DNA of 64,000 bases, from assembly GCA_951406725.2 (NCBI GenBank), contig OX597834.1, positions 17,732,001 through 17,796,000 on the forward strand. The letters run 5' to 3'. The notes beneath the pieces are model-generated. The model did no database searches. It worked only from the letters and a program-made list of their open reading frames with translations, and was not told where the DNA came from. Below, piece after piece: positions 40,250 through 52,016 of this stretch. The position numbers were made by a program, and so were the translations under genes. The stretch's first letter is position 1. Every line of letters starts with the position of its first letter. This DNA comes from Octopus vulgaris (taxonomy: Eukaryota).

Positions 40250-40422
40250 CACTTGTTAATCTGAGGGGAGGCAACGTGAGCAGCAACTAAAGGAACATTA
40301 CCAAATCCACAGAAAGATCAGACACATACATATATTCATATATTCATTTATATCCACATCTGTTCTGTGGATAATGTTTCTTTAGTTGCTGCTCACGTTG
40401 CCTCCCCTCAGATTAACATGTG
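40250..40422. repeat. Inverted repeat with ~60-bp arms
   Basis: The arms are tgttaatctgaggggaggcaacgtgagcagcaactaaagg and ctttagttgctgctcacgttgcctcccctcagattaaca. Confidence 0.9.
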
Positions 40423-41699
40423 TATACATACATGTATATGAGGTGCCCATTTATTCATATACATGCATGCAGTACTTCCTGCAGTATATACACAAATGGG
40501 CACCTTGTCCAACCTCCTCTGAACATTTCTCCCCCTCCTCACCCATAATTTCTCTCACTGTGACTACTCCACTCCTTGAAACCGTCCTATTTTTCTTGCT
40601 ACCTGGAACCATTTCACTTGTTAGATATTCTTCATCCATTCATTATTGTTCTCCTCACCCACATCTTACAGTGATTGTCCCACTAACCACACTGAACTAC
40701 CATATTATCCCCCCTAATGCACTACTCCTGCCTCTCTCCCATCATGTATCATGTCTCCCTTGTTCCCCTTTTGTCAACTGTATTGTATTTACTGTTTCCA
40801 TTTGACACTACCCATATGTTTCTCTCTCCTAATCTTATTTACATCCCTCTATTTTTCCCAATTCACACACCATTACTCATCCATCACTCCCTTCATCCAC
40901 CCTTCAACCCTACCCATCTTTGAAATTGTTGCTTACCTCCCATCCCCCATCTCTTGCTCCTTGCCCATTTTTGCAATCCTTTCCTACCCACACTTCTAGT
41001 TCCTCTGTCTTAATGTGCTTCTACTCATCTCATACCTTGAGGAGACACTCAGGCTTGCAGCTCCTACTGATCATTCTCTCTCTCTCTCTCTCTCTCCTAA
41101 ATCTGATTAACCATCTAGGTCCTCTACTACAGAACCTTCTTGCCTCTCCTTTTCTCCTGCCCTCCTTTCACACTCTTATGTCTCATCTCCTCTGCATTTT
41201 TTTCCTGGTTTTGTGGTCTTGCAAGCTGCATGGTGACTTCACTATTGCTGGTGGCAAGAAAAAATGCACCCAGTGCATACTTTAAAGTAGTTGGCACTAG
41301 GAAGGGTATCCAGCTGTAGAAATCATGCTAAAGCAGACAATGTTACTGAAAGTGGCCCTTGGACACCTTACTTGCTTCGTTTTCATTATTTGTTCTATGT
41401 ATTGTTGGATAGGACCTGATAGTGTATTTGTGTTTTGTTAGGGGGTCATTCTGGCATAGTTTCAAAAATGCACAAATGTTCTATCTTGGATTATGTACTT
41501 GCCAAATAGCTGTTGTTTAATTGAAGTAAGCCTTTTGGCCACTTTTCAAATGGACAGCAAATTATTGAATGCTGATGCATTGTTTCTACTGGATTTGGGC
41601 AATTTCCCCACAGCTGTTTTGTTTTGTTGGAGAAAATATCACAACTTCAGATCCCTTGTTAAAATACAGGAAGACATGTTTGATGGACTGTATTTATTT

Positions 41700-42383
41700 A
41701 TAGAATTCAGCATTAATAAGTTCATTAAATATATTAGTTAGGTGAGAGCAGCAGGGATCTATTTATCTCTTGTCAATTACATGCTGTACAAACAAGGCTC
41801 AAAAGTCGTCATCCTTTGGTACCCTTCTGTAAAAGGGCTAGCTGTATTTGTTTGATGTTTCTTTGGCAAATGATCTTGGAAACCATTTCATGCATTTGTT
41901 GTATTCCATGCAAGGTGGATTCCTGTTGTGAGAATTGAGTAGCAATAGACTGTGACTCATCTCAGTTTTAATGATGTTTAAGATGATTTTTTTGTCACTG
42001 ATTGGGTCTGGAAGCAATGTTAATATGATGGAATCATATTAACTCATTTTTGCCATTCTATGATATACATGTGACACTTGATCAGTTATTTGGCATTTAG
42101 TATTGAAATCCATAATTTTTCTCAACTTAAATTGGGGAACATTGGCTGTGAGATGTTGCTTATAAATATATGTTTAGCCTTGAAAGATCACCTCTTGAAT
42201 TTATTTCTGTTTGGTGTTACACGTGGAAGTAATGAACAGTTCTGAGTAGCTTTGCTTCCCAATGACATGGTTCCGGGTTCAATCCCACTGCATGGCACCT
42301 TAGATAAGTGTCTTCTACTATAGCCTCTAGTTGACCAAAGCCTTGTGAGTGGATTTGGTAGATGGAAACTGAAAGGAGCACAT

Positions 42384-42436
<53 letters not shown>

Positions 42437-44700
42437 GTGTGTTTGTGTTTGTCTTTCCCATCATTGTTTCAAGACTGGTATTGATGTGTTTATGTCCTTG
42501 TAAATTAGTGGTTCAGCAAAAGAGACTGATAGACCAGGCTTAAAAAATAAGTACTGGGGCTGATTCATTCAAGTAAAAAAAGATTCAAGGTGGTGCTGCA
42601 GTCTAATGAATGAATCAAGTAAAAGATATATCAGATGTCATTGTGTTCTGTATTCATCTGAACATATATCAAGGGCCACTAGTAAAACTTGATGGGAGAA
42701 TGCAAAGCTGGCCAAGCTCTCTTCCGGCTGCTCTTGTATCTCATAAATACATACGAGTTAGCTTTCAGTTCTTTGATGAGTTCTAACATAGCACAATCTT
42801 TTAGATTACATCATAACAAACACGTCCACTGTAAACTGGTGGAAGAGTGTGACTTCAATGCAGATGGTTGAAGGAATTGTCACAACCATGAAGTGAAAGG
42901 CATAAAAGTTCTTGCATGAGGTAGATTTTGAAGAATTTGATTCAGCCTATAGTGTTTCAAAGTGATATTGATCTTCACTATTGACATAAAGAAGAGAATA
43001 TTGCAGCACATCATAGGATCTTTATGCTTTTGCCATGTAATACTCCACTTACAATGACAGAGATTCTATTGCATCCAGTTGCATTGAAATGATATGCATA
43101 TTCTCCAAAGTGTCTGTTATTTTCATTATTGGCAATTCGGGAACTCCAAGATAAACTCTGGTTCCAATATTTGCTCAAAATTTCTGATGTATTTGTTCTT
43201 TGCATGGGCTGTCACATACACACACTCATAAGCACATACACACACATTTGATCTGTTCATTTGCCAGTTATTTTTGTTCTCCACCATCTCAGTTACTAAT
43301 AAAAAATATCTTATTTTAGATAATTCCAAAGAAACTAATATGAAATTCACTGGAAAGGCAAAGTCTTTAGGAGAGCAAGTTTTCTGAAGTTGAACTGATG
43401 CAGTTGAAGAAGGCCATTCAAGATATGACCACATAGACAATAAGTTCACTTGACAGTCTTTTAGTTCCTAGTTCCATCCTGTATATGGCGTCTGAAGCAA
43501 GTGTCTCCAAAAATGGGCTCTGCTCAACTTAAACGTTGTGAATGAAATTAGGTAGATGGAAACTGTGGTAACTTGTCAGATTTTATCTGTTCTTGACTGT
43601 AAACTTAATTATCGTCTTGTTTGTTACTGCATCCTAACCTTAAAAAAGTTACGGAATAGATCTCCAGTCTGAGAACAATTCAATATCTTGAATTACTGCT
43701 TCTTTCTTTAATAATTCATGAGTCATGATTTCTTCTCTGTCCTTCTGCTTACCAGCCTTGGAGGCTCTGCTGGGGTCATGGGCATGGTCTCTTCCTCCTT
43801 TGACTAAGTAATAAGATAAAAATACATTTAAAAAAAAGACAGCCTGTTTAGTATTAGGATAAAGATCCCTCCTGAGTCATATAGACTCATAGAGCTGGAT
43901 TCCCAGTATCTGTAGTATGTATATTATCTCCTGGATAGAACACTGGTCCATCACAGGATTACTTATTTCTACCAGCTGTGTGGACTGGAGCAATGTAAAA
44001 TGAAGTGTTTTGCTCAAGAACACAATACCTCACTCGATCCAGGAACTGAAACCACAGTCTTACAATCACAAATCCAACACCCCACCCACTAAGCCACATG
44101 CCTCTAGTTGTTTAGTATTGGTTACCCTATAAATGTACCCTAACCACTATGCTAGTGGTTGACTATAGGAAGAATGTCTAGTTGCAAACTACCTGCCAGT
44201 TAACCATGCAGTAGAGCCCATTAATTTAACACCAACTGCATTCAAAAGATTAACACTTGTCGTGTCAGCTGTATGATATTGTCAAGTATGGGCACACTTG
44301 ATCACCCTGAAGCAATCTCACCTCATCAGCAATAGGTTTCTTTACAGATTATTAAGTCTAGGTCTACCACTATCAGTATTGGTATGATGAAATATTTGTT
44401 TGGGTGAGATAGTTGAGGTGTTAGAGTGGAGATAAGTAGAAGTATGTTGTATACAAGAAGTGAGATGGAAAAGATTTTCAGTTAAATATTTCACAGTAAA
44501 AGGCATTGTACAAATCCTCTTCACAATGGATTGATGGATTGAAGTGATAGAATAAATCAGCCATCAGCTTGCCAAAACTCTCTGGTTTCCTCTGTGTTGT
44601 GCTGATTGTAAATCAGACAGGCTCTCGTTTCTAAGTCAATTTGATACTGTTAATTTATAACTCAGTTCACAAGATCAGACTAATAAAGGCAATTTGATAG
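41700..44700 (-). mobile_element. Possible highly degenerate Helitron Rep/helicase remnant, interrupted by SINEs
   Basis: There are scattered frameshifted motif echoes in Rep-Hel order, such as GRP(D)L near 44365 and an ISA...RI-like segment near 43080. The match is weak and needs a profile search. Confidence 0.3.
42245..42625 (+). mobile_element. SINE family B
   Basis: Family B with a long internal (TA)n. Other partial copies lie at 8685-8860, 38721-38880 and 45584-45730. Confidence 0.8.
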
Positions 44701-44934
44701 CATCTCAGCATTTCTGATCTCTGTTTATGCACCACAAGTTGGATCAATGCAAAAGGACTGCTTTATGAAGTTGTGTAGATTACATCAGAGGTTTAGCAAG
44801 GTTAATTCAGGATAGGGTTAGCTAGATAAGAGACAGTTTAACTTTGTACCAAGGCATGGAGCTTCAGATTCCACATTTCTAGGGAGACACCTGCAAGCAA
44901 AGTTCTCATGAACAATTAAACCACTCTAGTTTGT

Positions 44935-45320
44935 ACTTTTGGTCTGGAGAAAACCTTTGACATAATGAAGGATCCTCATTATGTAATCTAGGAAAACAAA
45001 AGAGGCTTAGTGCAGATGAATGGCTTGCCAGACCCATGCAAGCCATGTAAATGGGTGTTGTTAGAAAGGTAGAGTTGTCAATCAGTTTCATGAGGAATTT
45101 AGTGCACAGAAAGTTTGCATCAGGAATCTGTCACCAGTCCTCTTTTATCTATTAGAATACTTGAAAATATAACACAAAACCATTTGTTTTGGAGAGGGTT
45201 TTCCATATAGATAACTTTGTTTGTTGAAGTGTTGCAGCAGTAGTGTTGCAGCTGCCATCTTAATTTAGTCTAAAATTGGAAAGACCAAAGTGCTAATTAC
45301 TAAGAGGAGGCACAAAATCT
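44935..45320 (+). mobile_element. RTE LINE reverse transcriptase remnant
   Basis: Disrupted frames read DEWLARPMQAM*...HEEFSAQ..LHQESVTSPLL and KTKVLI. It is homologous to 62915-63120 in the opposite orientation. Confidence 0.65.
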
Positions 45321-46439
45321 TAGTTAAATCTGTGAAAAACCTCTGGTTGATATGAAGAATAGAAGTTAGTATTGAACAGAAAATTTGCTATAATAGTATT
45401 TCTTCTCCAGCAACTCAGTGCTGAATCTGTCTGAGATGTAATGAAAAATAGGTCAGTTTCAAAACATTGATGCCCCGATCAGAAAAGCAAAGTTTGAAGG
45501 GAATAGTTATCAATTCCTTTGATTTCTAATTAGGAGCAAATAGTAAATAACAGTTCCTGACCAAAGAGAAAAAAAATTGTTACACGTAACTTAGCGGTTC
45601 GGCAAAAGAGACCGATAGAATAAGTACCAGGCTTACAAAGAATAAATCCTGGGGTTGATTTGCTCGACTAAGAGGCGGTGTTCCAGCATGGCCACAGTCA
45701 AATGACTGAAACAAGTAAAGGAGAAAAGAGTGTTATTGATACTTATGGTATTTTATTGACTCTAGAAACACACTAGGTGGGGTTTGAGTACAGAATGTAA
45801 AGTGACATGACTAAAGATGCAAGTCAGTAATTATTTCCACCACACCACAGCAAAAATAATTATTCAGTGAATGTTGATGAACTGACATTTTCCATTGATT
45901 TATTATTTAGTTTGTCTGCCCTCTGTGTGTTTCTCTCGCTAATCCAACCAGTCATTTGCCTCGATTTTATATTTTACTTTTTCCTCCTTCTGAGTACATA
46001 ATCTCTACCTGATAATGCTAGATACCTTACTTCTTTCTTCTCTTCTTTCTCTTTCCACATATACGCACATACTTTCATATCTACACATGCACTCTCTGTC
46101 TGTCTGTCTCACAACTTTTTAGTTTATACGCTCATCTTTTTCTCTGTTGCTGCTATTATCTCTCTCTTTTCACTCCTATTCTCTTTCATTCCCTTCCTAT
46201 TTAATCCCCCATCTTTCCTTCGCCCTCTCTGATAGTGTTCTTTGACTACTTCCTAATACCTTAAATATATACCATCGCTGTTGCTGACTTTGGGTTAAAA
46301 AATCTGTTGATACACTTTCAGTTAGAAACATGTTCTACATGTGAGCTAGACATCATCATCATCATGTAACATTTGTTTTCCATGCTGGTGGCATGGGTTG
46401 AATGCTTTTGACATTGTGGCAAGACAAAGGGCTCTACAC

Positions 46440-46485
46440 AGCTTCCATGTCAAAAGCTGGGTCAACAGCTTTTGACATGGAAGCT
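46440..46485. repeat. Perfect 20-bp hairpin with a 6-nt loop
   Basis: The sequence is agcttccatgtcaaaagctg-ggtcaa-cagcttttgacatggaagct. Confidence 0.9.
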
Positions 46486-47372
46486 TACCAACAATAGCTG
46501 ATCATTTGCACTATAATTCCGTCACTTGACATACTCTTCGAGTTACCAGATTCACTTATAACCACACACCTGGCTATAATAGATTCAGTTATCTTATGTT
46601 CCCTGCAGTAACATGTTCCCATCAGTACCATATAACCATCAATGACAAATATCACTCATATCTCACCTAGCAATAACAAATTCACATGTACCACATTTCT
46701 ACACCAAATTCACCTGCCCTATACTCCTGACAATAATAGATCACTTGTGCCCCCCTCCCCACCATTTGTACCTCATCTCTGACAATAATAGATGTTAATC
46801 CTCACTAGGCCTTTCATGAAGTTTAGCCAGGTTTTCATATTCCCACCAGAATATAGGGCAAACATTGTAAATGAAATACATCGATCATCTCGATCACTTG
46901 GCATGAAACTAATAGTAGCCTTATTAACCAACAAATAAAGAATATTTATCCACCAATGTGGTTTTGAGCACTCATTCTCACTGTCCAATATTAGTGTGTA
47001 TATGTGTATATATATCTTCTCTGTCTATCTCTCTCCCTCTCTTGCTCTTCATCCTTTCTGGTTTTCTCTCCCACCTTCGCTATTCTTCTCCTCTCCTCTT
47101 CACCGTTCCCTCTCTCTCACTCTTCCTCCTTGACTCTCTCATTCCTGATACATGGCGAAAGGGAATCTATCTTTCTGCCCATTTCCTTGCTAAAGACAAC
47201 ACATGCTCATACCTGTCTCCTTTCATAAGCTCGTCTTCCTAGCATTCATAATAATTTTTCTATCGTCTTGGCTGAACAGCCCTCACCGTTTGTTTTTACT
47301 GTATATAAGTATATAAATTTATATGCATATATATATTTATATATAAATATATATATATATTTATATATTATT

Positions 47373-47426
<54 letters not shown>

Positions 47427-47429
47427 AAT

Positions 47430-47972
47430 ATAGAATGGTTGTATACTGTCAATCTAACACGAACATGACAGTAGGGGGGTATACCACCGCTGTATAGCCC
47501 TAGGAAGCATCAAACGCCTCCTGATGGCTTTGACACATTTTTCCCTGTGTCCTTATATACATTTATGAAGGGGAGACAAACACCCCCGGCCGCCGAAGCT
47601 GCATCTAGGGACACGTGTTTCAGGATCATTGTCCGTCATTGGCCTAGAGTAGCAGACACCGGTCAGCTGGTGATATTTGTCTCAACTTCGTAATTGTATA
47701 TATCTATAATTCAGTGAAGTCTATTCACTGATTATCAAAATAAGAAATACTGAATTTCTAAATCTCTCGTAGAGACATGTACGGTGGTGGGGCGATAGAA
47801 TGGTTGTATACTGTCAATCTAACACGAACGTGACAGTAGGGGGTACACCACCGCTGTATAGCCCTAGGAAGCATCGAACGCCTCCTGATGGCTTTGACAC
47901 ATTTTTCCCTGTGTCCTTATATACATTTACGAAGGGGAGACAAACACCCCCGGCCGCCGAAGCTGCATCTAG
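47430..47972 (-). mobile_element. Retrozyme-like element: 1.5 tandem copies of a ~365-nt structured unit with a hammerhead fold
   Basis: Direct repeats at 47430-47608 and 47795-47972 differ at about 5 positions. A hammerhead topology lies at 47599-47655. The 5' end coincides with the predicted cleavage position and the 3' end abuts (TA)n. Confidence 0.7.
47599..47655 (-). ncRNA. Type I hammerhead ribozyme motif (variant or degenerate core)
   Basis: The - strand reads CUGC-UAC-UCUAGG [CCAAUGA] C-GGA-caauga-UCC-U [GAAAC] ACGU [GUC]^CCUAGA-U-GCAG. Stem I is UCUAGG/CCUAGA plus CUGC/GCAG, and stem III is short and palindromic. The core differs from CUGAUGA at two positions. Confidence 0.65.
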
Positions 47973-49404
47973 TTCATTTCCTCCCCTTCCCAAAATTGTT
48001 GGTAGACCAAGATGCTGGTCATACCCTGGAAATGAACCAAAACTTGCAAAGTAAACTTCTTAACCACTCAGCCTGATCTGCACTTTTGTTATTTGATGAT
48101 ATGTAGAATCTCAAGACATAATGTGTATTTGTTTTTACTGTATATAAGTATATAAATATATATGCATATATATATTTATAGATAAATAAATATGCATATA
48201 TTTATATATTATTTATATTATTATTATATATATATGACCTCCCCTCGCCAATACTAACCAGACACAGACTGAGTCGTTAGCCAGCTGAAGGAGATGTCTT
48301 CCAGTGGCTATGAATAACTGTAACACTGTCCTGTACAGGATGCCACACTTAGTTGGCAAATATATGTTATGATTCTGTACTGCTACTGTTTATATATATA
48401 TACGTATCAGTGTGCATATAGAAACGTTTTGATTCTATCAGGATATGAATGCACATGTTAGTGTGTGTGACCTTAATTCTGTGGAGAAAAACAAGCAAAT
48501 CTTTTCCTTTAATATTAGCCAAAACTGTGCATTGGAAGGATAAACATTACAAATAAATTAGAAGTGACAAATTAAGAGGAATGATAAACACTTCTTAAAC
48601 CCCCAAATCATTATAAACTTGGAAGAATTTATCTATTGATTTTGGCAAGCTTTCATGTACCTGATTAAAAGAAACAACAAAATGAAGCATAAAAAAAAAA
48701 CTACCTGTAATTTCTGAGATTTAGTACTAAGGTAGCCAGTGGTGTCCATTTGTAGTCACTAACTAGCTCTCTCTTCAGAATCATGCAGTGCAGTCAAGAG
48801 AAGCATAGCTATATGCGCATCACTGGTGAACAAAATGTCCTTTCAGAAGCAGAAACTAAATTTGATGTTAACTCTGAGTTAGATAGTAACGAAGATGCTG
48901 ATCTTGTCAGGAGGAAATTAGTGGAAGTGAGTTGTATCATGTTCATTAATTTGTTTGTGTGATATATTTTTTGACGATTACTTAATTCATGTAGTATTTG
49001 TTATTTTTGTTCATATCACTGATGACTTTGCACCTTCCTTCTTGTTGAGGTTAATCACACTTAAAAAAATGTCATTGTCCTTGTGGGGTAGAATGTGTCT
49101 TCTAAATTTTTCTTACAAAGCTTTAGTTAATCCATAGTTATGGTAGAAGCACTCGCCCAAGGTACCATGCGATGAGATCAACCCCAAAATTTAACAGTTG
49201 CAAATGATAATTATTAAAGATATAGATATTTCCATTACTTGTTAAGGTTATCTCTACAAACTTTTTGGAGAAATTATGGCCAGCACTGATTTTGTTACGA
49301 TGTTTCATATCTGAGATGCCTAATATAAACAAAAATGGGATTGAAGATGAAAAATCGATAATGGGTGTAGAACACAGTATTCTTGAATGTTTGCCTTTCA
49401 CAAA

Positions 49405-49660
49405 GCACAAAGCCCCAAATTTTGGGGGAGGGAGCCAGTCGATTAGATCGACACCAGTATGCTACTAGTACTTTGAGGGAGGGGGAAACTAGTCAATTAC
49501 ATTGACTCCAGTGTTTCACTGGTACTTAATTTATCAACCCCCGAAAGGATGAATGGCAAAGTTGACCTTAGCGGGATTTGAACTCAGAATGTAAAGTCAG
49601 CTGAAATACTGCTAAGCATTTCACCCAGCGTGCTAATGTTTCTGCGAGCTTGCCGCCTTC
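49405..49660 (-). mobile_element. SINE family A with a duplicated 3' segment
   Basis: The core and head are present, and the 3' block (ggggagggagccagtcgatt...) occurs twice. Confidence 0.75.
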
Positions 49661-51062
49661 ATAGAACACAGTATTGACTTATAAATAAAAACATTTAATA
49701 GACTTTGTAAGTATATTATGGTTGCATAATGAAATAAGGTGTCCCTATGAGTAATTAAGATGTCACCATGCATAATATTTTCAACAAAAATATATCTGAA
49801 CTCTACCAATTCTTTCTTAACGTTAAGGAGCAATTTATCTCTCATTATGACAAATAAAAATATTTGAATTTTTATCCTTCTGCCTCATGATTTTCTGTAT
49901 CTTCCCACTACACCACATTGTTGTGTTTCCTTAAATCTGAAGTCTTCAAAAAGTTTATCATTTTGTTCTCCATATTAGCTGACTGACCTATCATTATTTT
50001 ATTCTAGTTTCTACCATAGTGGTTCTCAAAACTTTCTTTTTTACTCATGGCATACTTTAGAGCAAGTAAAAAGATATTTTGGTACACTTTGTAGGTAAAG
50101 AAAAAATGTGTTAGAAAAAATGGTATTATATATTATAGCTTTCAAATATAATTTAAACTAGATGAAATGATTAAATATTTTCTTTAGTCAATAAAGAAAG
50201 CATAATTAACAAGATTTTATATTTAGAGTTTCAGTTTGTATTTTTCTCATTTTTATAATGTAATTTTATTACTTTCATGATGTGTCTAGCCGCATCTTAT
50301 GGCATCCCAGTGCATTTTCCGGCACCTGCAAGAATAAGTGAGAAAAGAAAATAAGATTAATTTATTTTCCTGTGGCTAGGGGTAGACAATGAGATCATCA
50401 TCTAACATTTGCTTTCCATGCTGGCATGGGTTAGATGGTCTGACTGAAGCTGGTAAGCCAAAGAGCTGTACCAGGTTCCAGTCTGATTTGGCATGATTTC
50501 TACAGCTAGACACCTTTCCTAACATCAATCACTCCAAGACTGTAATGGGTGCTTTTTACATGTCACTGGCATGGTGTTGTGATATTTGCATTAAAGAAGA
50601 ATATTCTTCTAGGGAAGAAAGTCCAGTTCCCTAATTGAAAGGCAAATATTCAAGTAGTTTTGTTTACAAAGTTGTAATCTATTCACTTCAAACACATTAC
50701 TTCTTGAATTAAGACTGTAGTTAATTCTTTGTGACTTATTCAAATAATTCATACAACAAATAAAACAGATGAGATATTCATTGGCTTCAAGTGCTAAGTT
50801 TTAATTCTTTCTGATGAAGGTTACTGAGATAAATCTTCCAGGGTACCCAGGAGTGGTTAAATGTTTATATCTGATGGAATAACAAATTTTATCAACAACT
50901 ATTTTTGTTGTTGTCTAGTCCCAAGTCAATTCTGGTCAAGTAGGCCCTTGATCAATGGCATTACCCCATGAATGCCATTTAGTATACCTAAGAATACAAA
51001 TGAGATTTGGCTACCATTTATAGCAGGTTAATCATCAGTATACAGGCTCCCTTATTGGTTTG

Positions 51063-51293
51063 TTATTTCTTTATTGCCCACAGAGGGCTAGACATAGAGG
51101 GGACAAACAAGGACAGACAAAGGGATTAAGTTAATTACATCAACCCCAGTATGTAACTGGTACTTAATTTATCGACCCCGAAAGGATGAAAGGCAAAGTC
51201 AACCTCGACAGAATTTGAACACAGAACGTAGCGGCAGACGAAATACCACTAAGCATTTCACCCGGCGTGCTAAGTTTTCTGTCTGCTTGCCGC
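51063..51293 (-). mobile_element. SINE family A (tail A1)
   Basis: Reverse complement of the 5219-5452 element. Confidence 0.85.
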
Positions 51294-51635
51294 ATTGGTT
51301 TATAAAAGGTACAATAATGTGTTAAGGTAACTTAAAGTACATAGCACTTATTTCTATATGGGTTCTAACTGCAAGATTCTACTTTGGTCTGTCTTTTGAA
51401 TTTTTCACATATAGTTTTCATCTTTGTATGGACATTGCAATGTTTAATAATTTTCTCCTTTGCATTTTGTTGGAGCTGGTCTTATTACAAATGGTATTTT
51501 TTTTAATGTATTTGTGTACATATATACATATATACACACTCAGGGTGATAAAATATTAACTTTGGAATCTTCATATCATCATTTGATCTGATGAGTACAA
51601 CGTTTAAATAAACTTTATTGAACTTCTTAAACAAA

Positions 51636-52016
51636 GGCGCAGGAGTGGCTGTGTGGTAAGTAGCTTGCTAACCAACCACATGGTTCCGGGTTCAGTCCCA
51701 CTGCGTGGCACCTTGGGCAGGTGTCTTCTGCTATAGCCCCGGGCCGACCAATGCCTTGTGAGTGGATTTGGTAGACGGAAACTGGAAGAAGCCTGTCGTA
51801 TATATGTATATATATATGTGTGTGTTTGTGTGTGTCCCCCTAGCATTGCTTGACAACCGATGCTGGTGTGTTTACGTCCCCGTCACTTAGCGGTTCGGCA
51901 AAAGAGGCCAATAGAATAAGTACTGGGCTTACAAATAAGTCCCGGGGTCGATTTCCTCGACTAAAGGCGGTGCTCCAGTATGGCCGCAGTCAAATGACTG
52001 AAACAAGTAAATGAGT
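51636..52016 (+). mobile_element. SINE family B, full-length and CpG-rich (young)
   Basis: Nearly identical to 12530-12914. Confidence 0.9.

Noticed and set aside
47708-47757. + strand ctgatta...gaaa within the retrozyme-like unit as a second, opposite-polarity hammerhead
   Set aside because: No adequate stem I or II can be formed, and a simple hairpin explains the segment.
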